From contig NC_057757.1 in NCBI RefSeq assembly GCF_004010195.1, forward strand, positions 7,522,210-7,542,209: a stretch of 20,000 nt of DNA, given 5' to 3'. This document shows, in pieces, positions 10,935-20,000 of this stretch (positions within the stretch are counted from its first letter, which is position 1; every line of letters begins with the position of its first letter). A program made the translations under genes and the position numbers. The notes beneath the pieces were generated by a model. The model was not told where the DNA came from, ran no database searches, and saw nothing but the letters and a program-made list of their open reading frames with translations. Source of the DNA: Chiloscyllium plagiosum (Eukaryota).

Positions 10935-11811
10935 GTACTGTTCTATTTTCTATGTTCTTGGCTCGATGTTCTATGCTTCCTGCTCTCTTGTCTATGCTCT
11001 AAGCTTTATGGTCTATGCCCTGTGCTCTATGGCTTATGCTCTATATTCTACATCTATGCCCTATGTCCTATCTTCTATGTTCTGTTATCTTTGCTCTTCA
11101 CTCTATTCTCTATGTTCTATACGCAATACTTTATGCTCAATCCATTGTGCTCTATTTCCTATGCTCTATGTTCTGTTCTCTATGCTCTGTGTTCTATGCT
11201 CTATGAACTATGCTCTATGTTTTATGTTCTTTGCTCTAAATTCTATTCTCTACACTGTGTGCTCTATATTTATTCTCTATGCTCTATGTTCTGTGCTTAA
11301 TATTCTATGCACTATAATTTCTACTCTATGTTCTGTGCTCTATGTTCTATTCTCTATGATCTATGTTCTGTGTTTTGTGCTCTATCTTCTATGCTGTATG
11401 TTCTATGTTTAATGCTGTATGTTCTATGCTCTATGCCCTATGTCCTATGCTCTATGCTCTATGTTCTGTGCTCTATATTCTATGCTCTACATTCTATGCT
11501 CTACGTTCTATGTTCTGTGCTCTGTGCTCTATGTTCTATGCTCTATTTTCTGCGTTCTGTGCACTATGATCTATGATTTATGCCCAATGTTCTAGGATCA
11601 ATGCTCTATGTTCTACATTCTATGCTCTACGCTCTATGCTCTATGTTCTATGTTTTATCCATTATGTTCTATGGTCTGTTCTATGCTCTATGCTTTAACT
11701 TCTGTTCTCTGTGCTTTGCATTTTATGCTCTATGTTCTACATTCTACACTCTATTCTCTATGTTCTGTTCTCTATGCTCTATGTTCCATGTTTAATGCTC
11801 TATGTTCTATG
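10935..11811 (+). repeat. Degenerate heptanucleotide tandem repeat (TATGCTC/TATGTTC)n
   Basis: About 880 bp with 7 bp periodicity; it explains all the Y/C/S/M/L-rich ORFs here. Confidence 0.95.
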
Positions 11812-12304
11812 CAAGACAAGGCAGGATAACAGCCTTGAGAATGGAGTTGTCAGAGTTTCTCCAACCATTCCAGCTCTATGTTGTGAGGTAATGTCGGTGT
11901 ATAGAGGCACCCAAGAGCTGGAGAGGGTGGGAAAATGACTCGGACCCTTAGGCACAGTTAAGGAAGGGATGAACAAGTTTGTTTTCACCATTGAAGCTCA
12001 AGGTGCCCTCTGTGAAATTGACATTGTACCCACAAAGAGTTCCCATTCCAGTCACAATGAGAGCGTCCCTCACATAAAATCAATACTAATACAGGGAGTC
12101 GTCGGAAATCATCATAGGTTCACAGCTTTCAAATCTTATTTCATTGGAAAGTTCAAAATGTATTTGTTCGAGAAAAAAACTGCTAGAGAAAAGATGCTGC
12201 GGATAAAAATAGTTGAACTTCTTCTGAAAACAGAGATAACCCTTTTTGGAAGATATCCAATTTGAAGGCTGAATTTGGAATGGGAAAAGTTCTGTCTATA
12301 GAAT

Positions 12305-12611
12305 TTAGATTAGATTACCTACAGTGTAGAAATAGGCCCTTCGGCCCAACAGGTCCACGCCGACCCTCCAAAGAGCAACCCACCCAGACCCATTCCCCTA
12401 CATTTACGCCTTCACTGAACACTACGGGCAATTTAGCATGGCCCATTCACCTGACCTGCACATTTTTTGGGTTGTAGGAGGAAACCGGAGCACCCGGAGG
12501 AAACCCACGCAGACACGGGGAGAATGTGCAAACTCCACACATACAGTCGCCCGAGGCCGGAATTGAACCCGGGTCCCTGGCGCCATGAGGCACTGTGCCA
12601 CTGTTCCACCC
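12305..12611 (-). mobile_element. HE1 V-SINE, young and near full length
   Basis: Minus strand GGGTGGAACAGTGGCACAGTGCCTCATGGCGCCAGGGACCCGGGTTCAATTCC (B-box intact, short deletion in the A-box region), V-domain, CR1-like tail ending (AATCT)n. CpGs are preserved. Confidence 0.93.
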
Positions 12612-13409
12612 ATTATATTATATTATTTCTTTTGAAGTTGGTCTTGAAAGAAAGATCTAGAAAATGTTGGTATAACCTCCAACAGCAGTGCGAGAGAATA
12701 GTCAAAGCAGCTTTCAAATGTTAATGTCATGCGAATAGGTCAGGAAAACTGGATTCCACAGCCTCTAAGTTGTAACCCAATTCTGATCATTCCCACTTGA
12801 TCAGCTTTTCATCTACTAGCTGTTTCTGTCTGGCTGCAGAGCACCAGCAAATATTTGCCACGTGGGCTGAGAGCTCTGTCCTTCCAAACCTGCAGCTAAC
12901 CTGTAAATCTGAACAGTTCACAGGTTAGTCAACAAGCAGTATCACGCATAATATATGCTGAGATCCTGGGAGATCTCAGGAACAACACTGAACACGACAC
13001 AATTGAACGGAGCTCTGGGTAGAGCTCAGTTTTTCTTATCACTGAATTAATATAACTGCCAGGTTCACTGAATATCTCAGCATGATCTTGAACTGCCCTC
13101 TGAACTTGGTCCTAGTAACCCCATTATTGAAAGTGGTTGCAGAAACTTCCAATCTGCAACAAGTATCGGACTTGTTATGGAATCAATTGATTATCTGAAC
13201 CACCATTTCCTTTTTAATTCCAAACCGTTCTCGAATTTATCCTCTCATCTTTCCGCCTTGAAGCCAACCCCATCACGTGTCATAAAACCACATGATATAA
13301 AGTCACAAGTGCTCTTTCTCTCACACACACACTGCGTAAAGATACAAGAATTTATGCTTCTGGCGGAACATAATTAAAAACATTTGGAAGATGCTGTTAA
13401 ATTCTGTTT

Positions 13410-13660
13410 GAAACCCAATACTGAACGCTTTGGAACACTTTCCACTCTGCCAAGCATTCGCAAGGCCAGCCGTTGCTCGTTACTTTTTGTGCCCTGTAAC
13501 TGAGCCAACATTGGACCCAATGCATCACATTTCCCTGTATGCCATAGGCTTTCAGCTTCTTGACCAGTTTGCCATGTGGGACCTTGTCAAATGCCTTACC
13601 AAAGCCCAGGTAGGTAACATCCACTGCACTACCCTCCTCAATCTCTTTCTCACTTCCTCA
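13410..13660 (-). mobile_element. CR1 reverse transcriptase fragment
   Basis: ORF 13397-13624 DVTYLGFGKAFDKVPHGKLVKKLKAYGIQG...WVQCWLSYRAQKV matches the RT D.SKAFD motif region. Confidence 0.85.
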
Positions 13661-14081
13661 AATCGAATTTATAAGGATTGACCCTGCATTCAGTCTTCCT
13701 TGCAGAGGAGGAACAATTAATTTGACTGGAAGAAAAAGGAAAGTGGTTTGTAGGGAAACTGTAAATGAACCTGTTCATTATGTGTGGGATCAGCCTTTTC
13801 TGCATGCACTTTTCACCTGCATTGCATCACAGTGGAACTAAGATAGATCCCTGAATTTCAAGGTGCTTGTGTTTTGACCACTATTGTACTCACATCAGAG
13901 TCAGAGCTGATGATGTAATGCGTTTGTTCAAGCTAGCATCAGTAATACCGGTGTCAGGTGTTACTACATAAATACAGGCTGATGCTCTGCATAAATCAGG
14001 ATCAACTGGAATGGAACAGTTCACCATTCCTACGAGGAATGTGCGATCCCAGAACAACAGAAATTGCTGCTAATCCCAGAA

Positions 14082-14151
14082 ATGGCATATCCAGTTATAT
14101 GGAAAATCGAAGATATTTTCTTTCCTCTCATTTCAGCCATTGGTGTTGCTG
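14082..14151 (+). CDS. GPR139/GPR142-like class A GPCR, coding exon 1 (N-terminus and first half of TM1)
   Basis: ATG in good context (GAAATGG), MAYPVIWKIEDIFFPLISAIGVA, then a phase-1 donor G|GTAAGC at 14151/14152. Splices in frame to exon 2 to give the TM1 motif IGVAVNLVAI. Confidence 0.85.
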
Positions 14152-14531
14152 GTAAGCTGGTCTCTCAAGTGTTCCTCACGCGAATTGATATTAACTGTGC
14201 TGCTTAAGTGTCATTATTTATCACTGTGTGTTTTATACAATAACCTTTTCTAATTATGAAATGCTGCAATCATATCTGTTCCTTCACCATTTTACTCTTG
14301 ATGGTGTTCGATAAACCTCCATTTATTATTTTAGTCACTTACGTTATGCATTCCCATATATTGGTAATTGTGATTTAAGAATGTATTTGAAGGAAAACAC
14401 TCAATATTTCAAGTTTACACCTATCATGCAACAACAAACATGGGAATTTGCCTCAGGTTGTGTCACCTTGTTCCTTGACTCAGGACATGATTAGTCAACA
14501 TTCAATTCAATTTCACTCTGTTCCCTCACAG

Positions 14532-15460
14532 TTAATCTAGTGGCGATTGTCATCCTGTCCCGAGGGAATTGTGGTCTCTCCAAGTGTATCACGCATTATC
14601 TGGTTGGAATGGCGGTGGCCGATCTCTTTGTCGTGGTCTTTGATGCCATGTTGAGGTGTGCTGTTCGAATTTATTTTCCACTTTCTTTCCTGAACCTTTT
14701 TCCTCTGTGTAGTTTTATTATTACCCTGGGATCAGCAGCCACAGTAATTTCTGTCTGGCTCACAGTCACATTCACCGCTGATCGATTTGTGGCCATTTGC
14801 TATGAGAAGCTGAAAACAAAGATTTGCACTGAGAAAACTGCAGCAACATTTCTGGGAACTGTGAGTGTCCTCGGCTGCCTGGAGTCTTTACCCCAGTACT
14901 TTATATATGAGTCACAATACATCATTAACAATATGCCATGGCTTTGTGCCCGTAAGCCAAGTTTCTTCAGTTCCCCTGCATGGGCAGCATATGAAATGAT
15001 TAACTACATTTTAACCCCTTGTGTTCCATTCTTTCTGATCCTGCTGTTCAATGTTCTGACTGTCAGGCGCATTTTAGTGAGCAGTCAAATCCGTAGGAGT
15101 CTCCATGGCCAAAGAACTGGAGAGAAACAAAAGGATGCAGAGATGGAAAACCGGCAAAAGTCCATCATTTTGCTCTTCAGTATATCGGGCAGTTTTGCAC
15201 TGTTGTGGGTGACCCAGGTTGTGTACAATATTTACGCACGAATTAGAAACATCCGATATTACCACTCCTACACAGACCCTTGCTTAATCACAGACCGCAC
15301 AGCCAAGATGCTGCAACTGCTCAGCTCCTGCACCAACACATGCATTTACGCTGTGGTCCAGGTTAGATTCAGGGAACAGCTGACGAATGCAATTTCATAT
15401 CCCTTCAAACAAATCTTTAAATTGTGGTACAGGTTGAAGGGTTTGAAACATGAGATCTAA
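14532..15460 (+). CDS. GPR139/GPR142-like class A GPCR, coding exon 2 (TM1 end to C-terminus)
   Basis: Acceptor TTTCACTCTGTTCCCTCACAG at 14531. Uninterrupted frame with TM2 YLVGMAVADL, TM3 WLTVTFTADRFVAIC, TM5 PCVPFFLILLFN and TM7 SSCTNTCIY plus an FR helix 8. Spliced CDS is 999 nt (332 aa). Confidence 0.93.
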
Positions 15461-15629
15461 ATCCCACTTCACGTTCAGTCCCCTACAATCACCATAGGGG
15501 CAAGAAGCAAGCTGTTGGCATCTCAGAGTGGTCAGTCTGATTAAAATTTGTCGAAAATATCGATTTATTGCAGGACTTGTTTTGTGGACAATTCCTGAAT
15601 TGACCTCCAAAACCAAAACCGCGTCAGTG

Positions 15630-16265
15630 AAATGGGCTGACAGATGGCAGGTGGAGTTCAATCTGGATAAATGCGAGATGTTTCAACGAACAAGGATAAG
15701 GCTGACTCAGTTAATGATAGGACCTTGGGTAGTGTTATAGAACAAAGGGAACTCGGAGTGCAACTACATAATTCTTTGAAGTTTGCGTGACATATGGGCA
15801 GGGTGGTTAAAAAGATGTTTGGTATGCTTGCTTTTTCTGGTCTGTCCTTGGAGTGCAGAGCTGGTACGTGATGTCAAAGTTGTACAGGACGTTGGTTAGA
15901 CCTGTTCTGGAGTACTGTGTCGCCCAGTTATAGAAAGGATAGTTTTAAGCTGGCGAGGGTTCAGAAGAGATTTACCAGGATGTTACTGAATGTGGAGGGT
16001 TTAATTTTTTAAAGAAAGTTCGGATAGGTTGGGACTTTTTTTCCATAAGAACATAGTAATTTGCCAGGCAATCTGATCGAAGTTTGTAAAATAATGACAC
16101 GTAGAGATAAAGTTGATGGTAATTGAATTTTTCCATTGAGGTTGAAAGACATCTTTTAAGGTGGAGGAAGACAGATTTTAGAAAAGCATGAGGGGCAATG
16201 TTTTCACGCTGAGAGTGGTTCACGTGTGGAAGAAACTGCCTGGGGAAGTAATGGTGCTGGTGCAA
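15630..16265 (+). mobile_element. CR1 LINE fragment (RT C-terminal region)
   Basis: KWADRWQVEFNLDKCE, EQRELGVQLHNSLK, KLYRTLVRPVLEYCV and KLARVQKRFTRML, with frameshifts. Confidence 0.85.
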
Positions 16266-16319
16266 GTCCCATTGGCTCTGAGCAGAGATGAAATGCCTCA
16301 AATCACTTACGGCACATAG

Positions 16320-16665
16320 GATCCTAATCAGATTTGATGAGGGACGGGTGTTTCCTTTTGTGGGGTAGTCCAGATTGTGGACAGGCAGGGTTCTAAAATT
16401 AGGATGTGCCCTCATAAAAGTTTAGTATAATTTACTCTGAGGATTGTGTACGTTTGGAATTCTCATCCGAAGGAGCTGGTGGAGTTGAGGGAGTCTCACT
16501 GAAAATTCTTCGAAAGAAGGTAGATCGATTCTTTACAACAATGGAAAAGCAGGGAAATTGGGAATGTGGAACTTGAAACACAAACTGAAAAGCCATGAAC
16601 TTATCAAAAGGTGGAGCAGGTGTGTTGGCAACGGTATACTCAGGCTCCTATTTCATACATTTGTG
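16320..16665 (+). mobile_element. Older CR1 3' end
   Basis: Tail AGCCATGAACTTATCAAAAGGTGGAGCAGG...TACTCAGGCTCCTATTTC resembles a CR1 3' UTR. Confidence 0.6.
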
Positions 16666-17010
16666 CATTTGTGAATCAATGTGATCTAATTTATTTATTG
16701 TTGGATATATCTAGTTACCAGATTACCGTGGAAAAGTGTGGTATGTTATCGCTGCCCTCCTGCTCCATCTTAAAACACAGATAAACAAAGGCAGAAGAGT
16801 GAAGAAATAACAAAAACGTGTTGAGCTTTGTAATCCTTCTTGTTTCGTGCTGCGTCACGGGCTGTGGTCAGGCCTGGTTTCTGTTCGTTGTCGCTGCTGA
16901 AACAAAAGTCACCGCTCCTCAGCACCATCGCACCTCCACCGATGTTTTCACCACACTGTGTCCTCACTGGACTTTGACTCCACTGCCGGCTTGAATCTGT
17001 CACCCTAAGT

Positions 17011-17310
17011 GGGCTGCTGGTCCTACTCGTATCTTGGCTGTCTGGCGTCCTCTTGTCGGGACTACCGGGCCTACTCGAGTCTGGGCTGTTGGACCATTCA
17101 AGTCTGGGGTGCTGGGCCTAATAGAGTCTGGGCTGTCGACCCTAACTGGGATGCTGGGCCTACTCAATCCTTGGCTGCCGGGCCCACTCGTGTCTGGGCT
17201 GCCAAGCTTACTTGAGTCTGGACTGCTGGGTCAAGTCGAGTCTGGGCTGCTGGGCATACTCATGTCTGGTCTGCTGGGTCTAGTCATGACTGGGCTGCTG
17301 GGTCTACTCA
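17011..17310 (+). repeat. GC-rich 24 bp minisatellite, ~13 diverged copies
   Basis: Consensus GGGCTGCTGGGCCTACTCGAGTCT; produces the ESGLLGLL repeat ORF. Confidence 0.9.
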
Positions 17311-17469
17311 CCACCCCCGATGCCATTGCTGTGACACCACCCCCGCCCCACCCCAACCCAAACCAAGCAGTTAGGTCAACAAATTAAAAGCAAAGAAGAG
17401 AGAAAAGAGAAAATGAAGGCAAAGGAAAGTAGACAGTGTGGATGGGTTATGGGTTCCGAAGCCCTACCC

Positions 17470-18128
17470 CACGCATGCACCTTCTCACGGGCTTATACCC
17501 AACACACTATGACACATACTTGACCAAGCTTACACACACACATGCACTCGCACTAACACGCACACACTCACAGACACACACACATACACTGTCTCTCATG
17601 CACATGCACACATATAAGTTTATGGGGTGATTTTATTTGCAGAATTACATTTTATTTTGCACAAGAACAGCATAAATCCATGTAAGTTTCTGTACGCTGC
17701 ACTTAAGAAAAAGAACTGATTCAACATTGGTACAGACTTTACCTTCACGCATTGTCTGAGCTGAGATGACACCTATTATTAGATTAGTTGATGCCACCTT
17801 GAGAATGTAATCCTGGGATTTACATATTAAAACCTAAATCACCATATCCATTCTAAAAGATGAAAGACTTAATCTAAATTTGTTTAAGAACTGTAACGTG
17901 GCGTTGCGTGATTTTTAACTGAGGTTGTTTAATATATCATTGCAACTCCGTGACACTGCAACCCTTTTGCTATAAATTCTGTGTCGAATGGTCATGTTCC
18001 ACAGCCACCTGATGAAGAGGCAGCAGCTCAAAAGCTAATGTTTCCAAATAAACCTGTTGGACCATAACCTGGTGTTGAATGATTTTTAACTTTGTGCACC
18101 CTGGTCCTGCCCCGGCACCTCCAAAATG
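17470..18128 (+). mobile_element. Penelope-like element 3' region (second family) with a (CA)-rich tract and a decayed hammerhead
   Basis: Ends CACCTGATGAAG...AAAGCTAATGTTTCCAAATAAACCTGTTGGACCATAACCTGGTGTTG...CCGGCACCTCCAAA. An internal repeat TGATTTTTAACT occurs at ~17909 and ~18080. Family assignment from recall. Confidence 0.6.
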
Positions 18129-18506
18129 TGATTAATCAAAGTCTGAGTCTTCTGCCCTTCTTGAGTTTAAAGTATTACAATGCCACCCTCTGCTGGCCTC
18201 CCTGTGTCACTGCAAAGGCAGAAGGTTTTCCTCCACCCCCCCACAAAGCATCAGCTCCTGTGAATCTCGTTGGTAACTCAGTTGTTTCTCAAATTACTTC
18301 TCAAACAATGATTTTGGAGACACAGGGCAGCTTTGTCCAATCTCTTATGATGTTGTCCCTGAGATGGGAGCAGAGGGAGATAAACGTGCCCGGGGCTTGT
18401 TCGCCCACATCAGAACTTATCAATTCTCTCTCACTTACATTCCAAAGAATTGCCAACTGCAGAAGGTGTAGTGAAATTGGCCTTATGTCCTCAAATCCTT
18501 TCTATG

Positions 18507-19235
18507 ACACTCTCTCACACACATTCGCTCTCTCTCACACAAACACACACACACGCACAGTGTGAGAAAATATGTGCCTGCATGCGACAGTGATCACGTG
18601 TGTGTCAGTGACAGTGAGCACGTGTGGCGTGTGTGACAGTGTGGGTGTGTGTGTGACAGCGAGCACATGTGTGAGTGTGAGACAGTGAGCATGTGTGTGC
18701 AAGAGTTAGCACACGTGTTTGTCAGTAAGCACGTGTGTGACAGCAAGCACATGCCTGTGTGTCTGAGTGTGCATGTGTATGAGTGATACTGAGCATGTGT
18801 GTGTGCGCGTGTGACACTGAGCATGTGTGTGTGTGAATGACAGTGAGCATGTTTGTGTCAAAGAGTGAGTGCATGTGTGTGTGACAGGGAGAGAGAGAAA
18901 GACAGTGAGCATGTGCGTGTGAGACAGTGATCATGTGTGTGTGGAACAGCGAGTGTGTGTGTGGAAGAGACTCACTGAGCATATCGGTATGTGAGTGACA
19001 GTCAGCATGTGTGTGTGTGTGAGACAGTGAGTATGTGTGTGTATGTGAGTGTGTGTATGTGAGTGACAGTGAGCAGATGTGTGTGTGTGCCACTGACGAC
19101 GTGTGTTTGTGTGTGCGTCAGTGAGCGTGTGTGTGAGACAGTGAGCATGTGTGTATGTGAGTGACAGTGAGTGTGTGTGTGTGTGTGTGCGCGCCAGTGA
19201 GTGAGTTTGTGTGAGTGAGTGAGTGAGTGAGTGAG
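18507..19235. repeat. Compound (CA/TG)-rich low-complexity repeat with a recurring GTGACAGTGAGCATGTGTGT unit
   Basis: Directly visible; explains the His/Thr-rich minus-strand ORFs. Confidence 0.92.
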
Positions 19236-19310
19236 GGATACAGGCCGTGTTTGGAGACTGGGTTTTTCCCACTCTGATGTGTGGTACTGACTCACAAGAG
19301 GAAGACTTAC

Positions 19311-19414
19311 CAATCCCTCCGAAGGGTAAGGTATTGAGAGTCATCTGCACCATGTTTCCCCTTGGGAATGGAAGCTTCCCCCTTGCTGGCATTCTCCAAC
19401 ATTTCATTCAGCAG
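19311..19414 (-). pseudogene. Aldehyde dehydrogenase family 3 (ALDH3B1-like) C-terminal internal exon, frameshifted as assembled
   Basis: Bounded by TGCAG| and G|GTAAGT. Reads LLNEMLENAS, then a 31 nt out-of-frame stretch, then MVQMTLNTLPFGGIG, matching the ALDH3 exon (...TSSGGFCGNDGFMHMTLASLPFGGVG) with the same phase-1 donor. Confidence 0.8.
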
Positions 19415-20000
19415 CTGCATCACGTCACAAACACGGCTGGGGGCAGCTCACTGAGGGAAACGTTGACTCCAAATGACAGGGTCTCAAACTCTGCTCACAG
19501 CTGACAGAAATGGGGGTGTTCTTACAGACAGAGGCCACTCCTCCCTGATAGCCCACCCTGGCCCCACACAGTGAGCGTGTGCAGACACTGGCCTGTTGTC
19601 CTCCCCTGCCCATTGGATGTTCCGTCTGTCCCCAATTTGGCATTACCCCTGTCCACACAATCTTTTCCCCTCTCCGATTTGGACTGACCTGAGTCTGGCA
19701 AGAGTGGGGGTCAAAAATGGGGGCAGGGTGTATGACAACATAACTGCCCTCATTTTGTGACTCCCCATCCATTTCCTGCACCCCGCACACATTTTGCTCC
19801 TGCCCCCATTATCTGACAACCCCTCAACAATTTGATAACCCCCATATTTTTGCACCCCCCTCCATATTTTACATTACCTGATTCCTGACTCACCCGTCTC
19901 TTTTGCCCTTTCCCCACCAAATATTGAGGTTCCCCCATATATTTTGCCCACTGTATATTGCCCCCAATCTAACTGCCCCTCGCACCCCCTCATGCAGCTT

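Larger units (their letters stand above)
9420..12673 (+). repeat. Copy B of the ancient direct duplication
   Basis: Collinear with 3470-5590, expanded by the heptamer satellite and a young HE1 insertion. Confidence 0.85.

Noticed and set aside
10920..11938. Multiple overlapping hydrophobic Cys/Tyr-rich ORFs
   Set aside because: They are translations of the 7 bp tandem repeat in all frames.
11969..12265. 98 aa ORF in the duplicated segment as a conserved gene
   Set aside because: The paralogous copy at 5190-5500 has stops and frame-breaking indels in the equivalent frames, and no domain is recognisable.
12560..12611. tRNA gene suggested by B-box sequence
   Set aside because: It is the tRNA-derived head of the HE1 SINE, with no complete cloverleaf.
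12900..13125. Small hairpins (12958-12979, 13010-13027) and TGAACT nuclear-receptor-like half sites
   Set aside because: Stems of 7-8 bp are expected by chance, and the TGAACTGCCCTCTGAAC part resembles a Deu-SINE fragment.
14540..15460. GTG start given by the ORF track for the GPCR
   Set aside because: It falls inside TM1. A canonical acceptor at 14531 and an upstream ATG exon give a complete protein.
17009..17387. ORFs with ESGLLGLL or WAAGPT repeats, and a CRISPR-like appearance
   Set aside because: Head-to-tail diverged 24 bp minisatellite with no unique spacers, in a vertebrate genome with no cas genes.
18433..18475. Possible 18 nt minus-strand micro-exon (CTGCAG|...|GTAAGT) or next ALDH3 exon
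   Set aside because: The translation does not match ALDH3, and splice-like motifs alone are insufficient.
18594..19313. His/Thr-rich minus-strand ORFs
   Set aside because: They are translations of (CA)n-like low-complexity sequence.
19690..20000. C-rich pseudo-periodic terminal stretch and its minus-strand ORFs
   Set aside because: No definable unit or protein similarity; it may be degenerate simple repeat or low-quality consensus.

Overview
Repeat-rich vertebrate genomic DNA, almost certainly a cartilaginous fish (shark): it carries HE1/V-SINEs, SacSINE1-like Deu-SINEs, CR1-type LINE debris, solo LTRs and Penelope-like element (PLE) ends. Repeat family names are from recalled consensus sequences, not a database search. 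One gene is intact: a two-exon class A GPCR of the GPR139/GPR142-like type (14082-14151 + 14532-15460, 332 aa). A single frameshifted ALDH3-family exon lies on the minus strand (19311-19414). The main hidden structure is an old direct duplication (about 3470-5790 versus 9420-16310). The first copy appears to lack the ~2.85 kb segment that carries the GPCR, and the second copy has grown an ~880 bp heptamer satellite from a short seed still visible in the first. A recent 200 bp PLE-type insertion (7615-7814) has a perfect 15 bp target-site duplication and a perfect 56 bp inverted repeat, with a hammerhead ribozyme core in its loop. Nearly all other ORFs in the track are artefacts of repeats.
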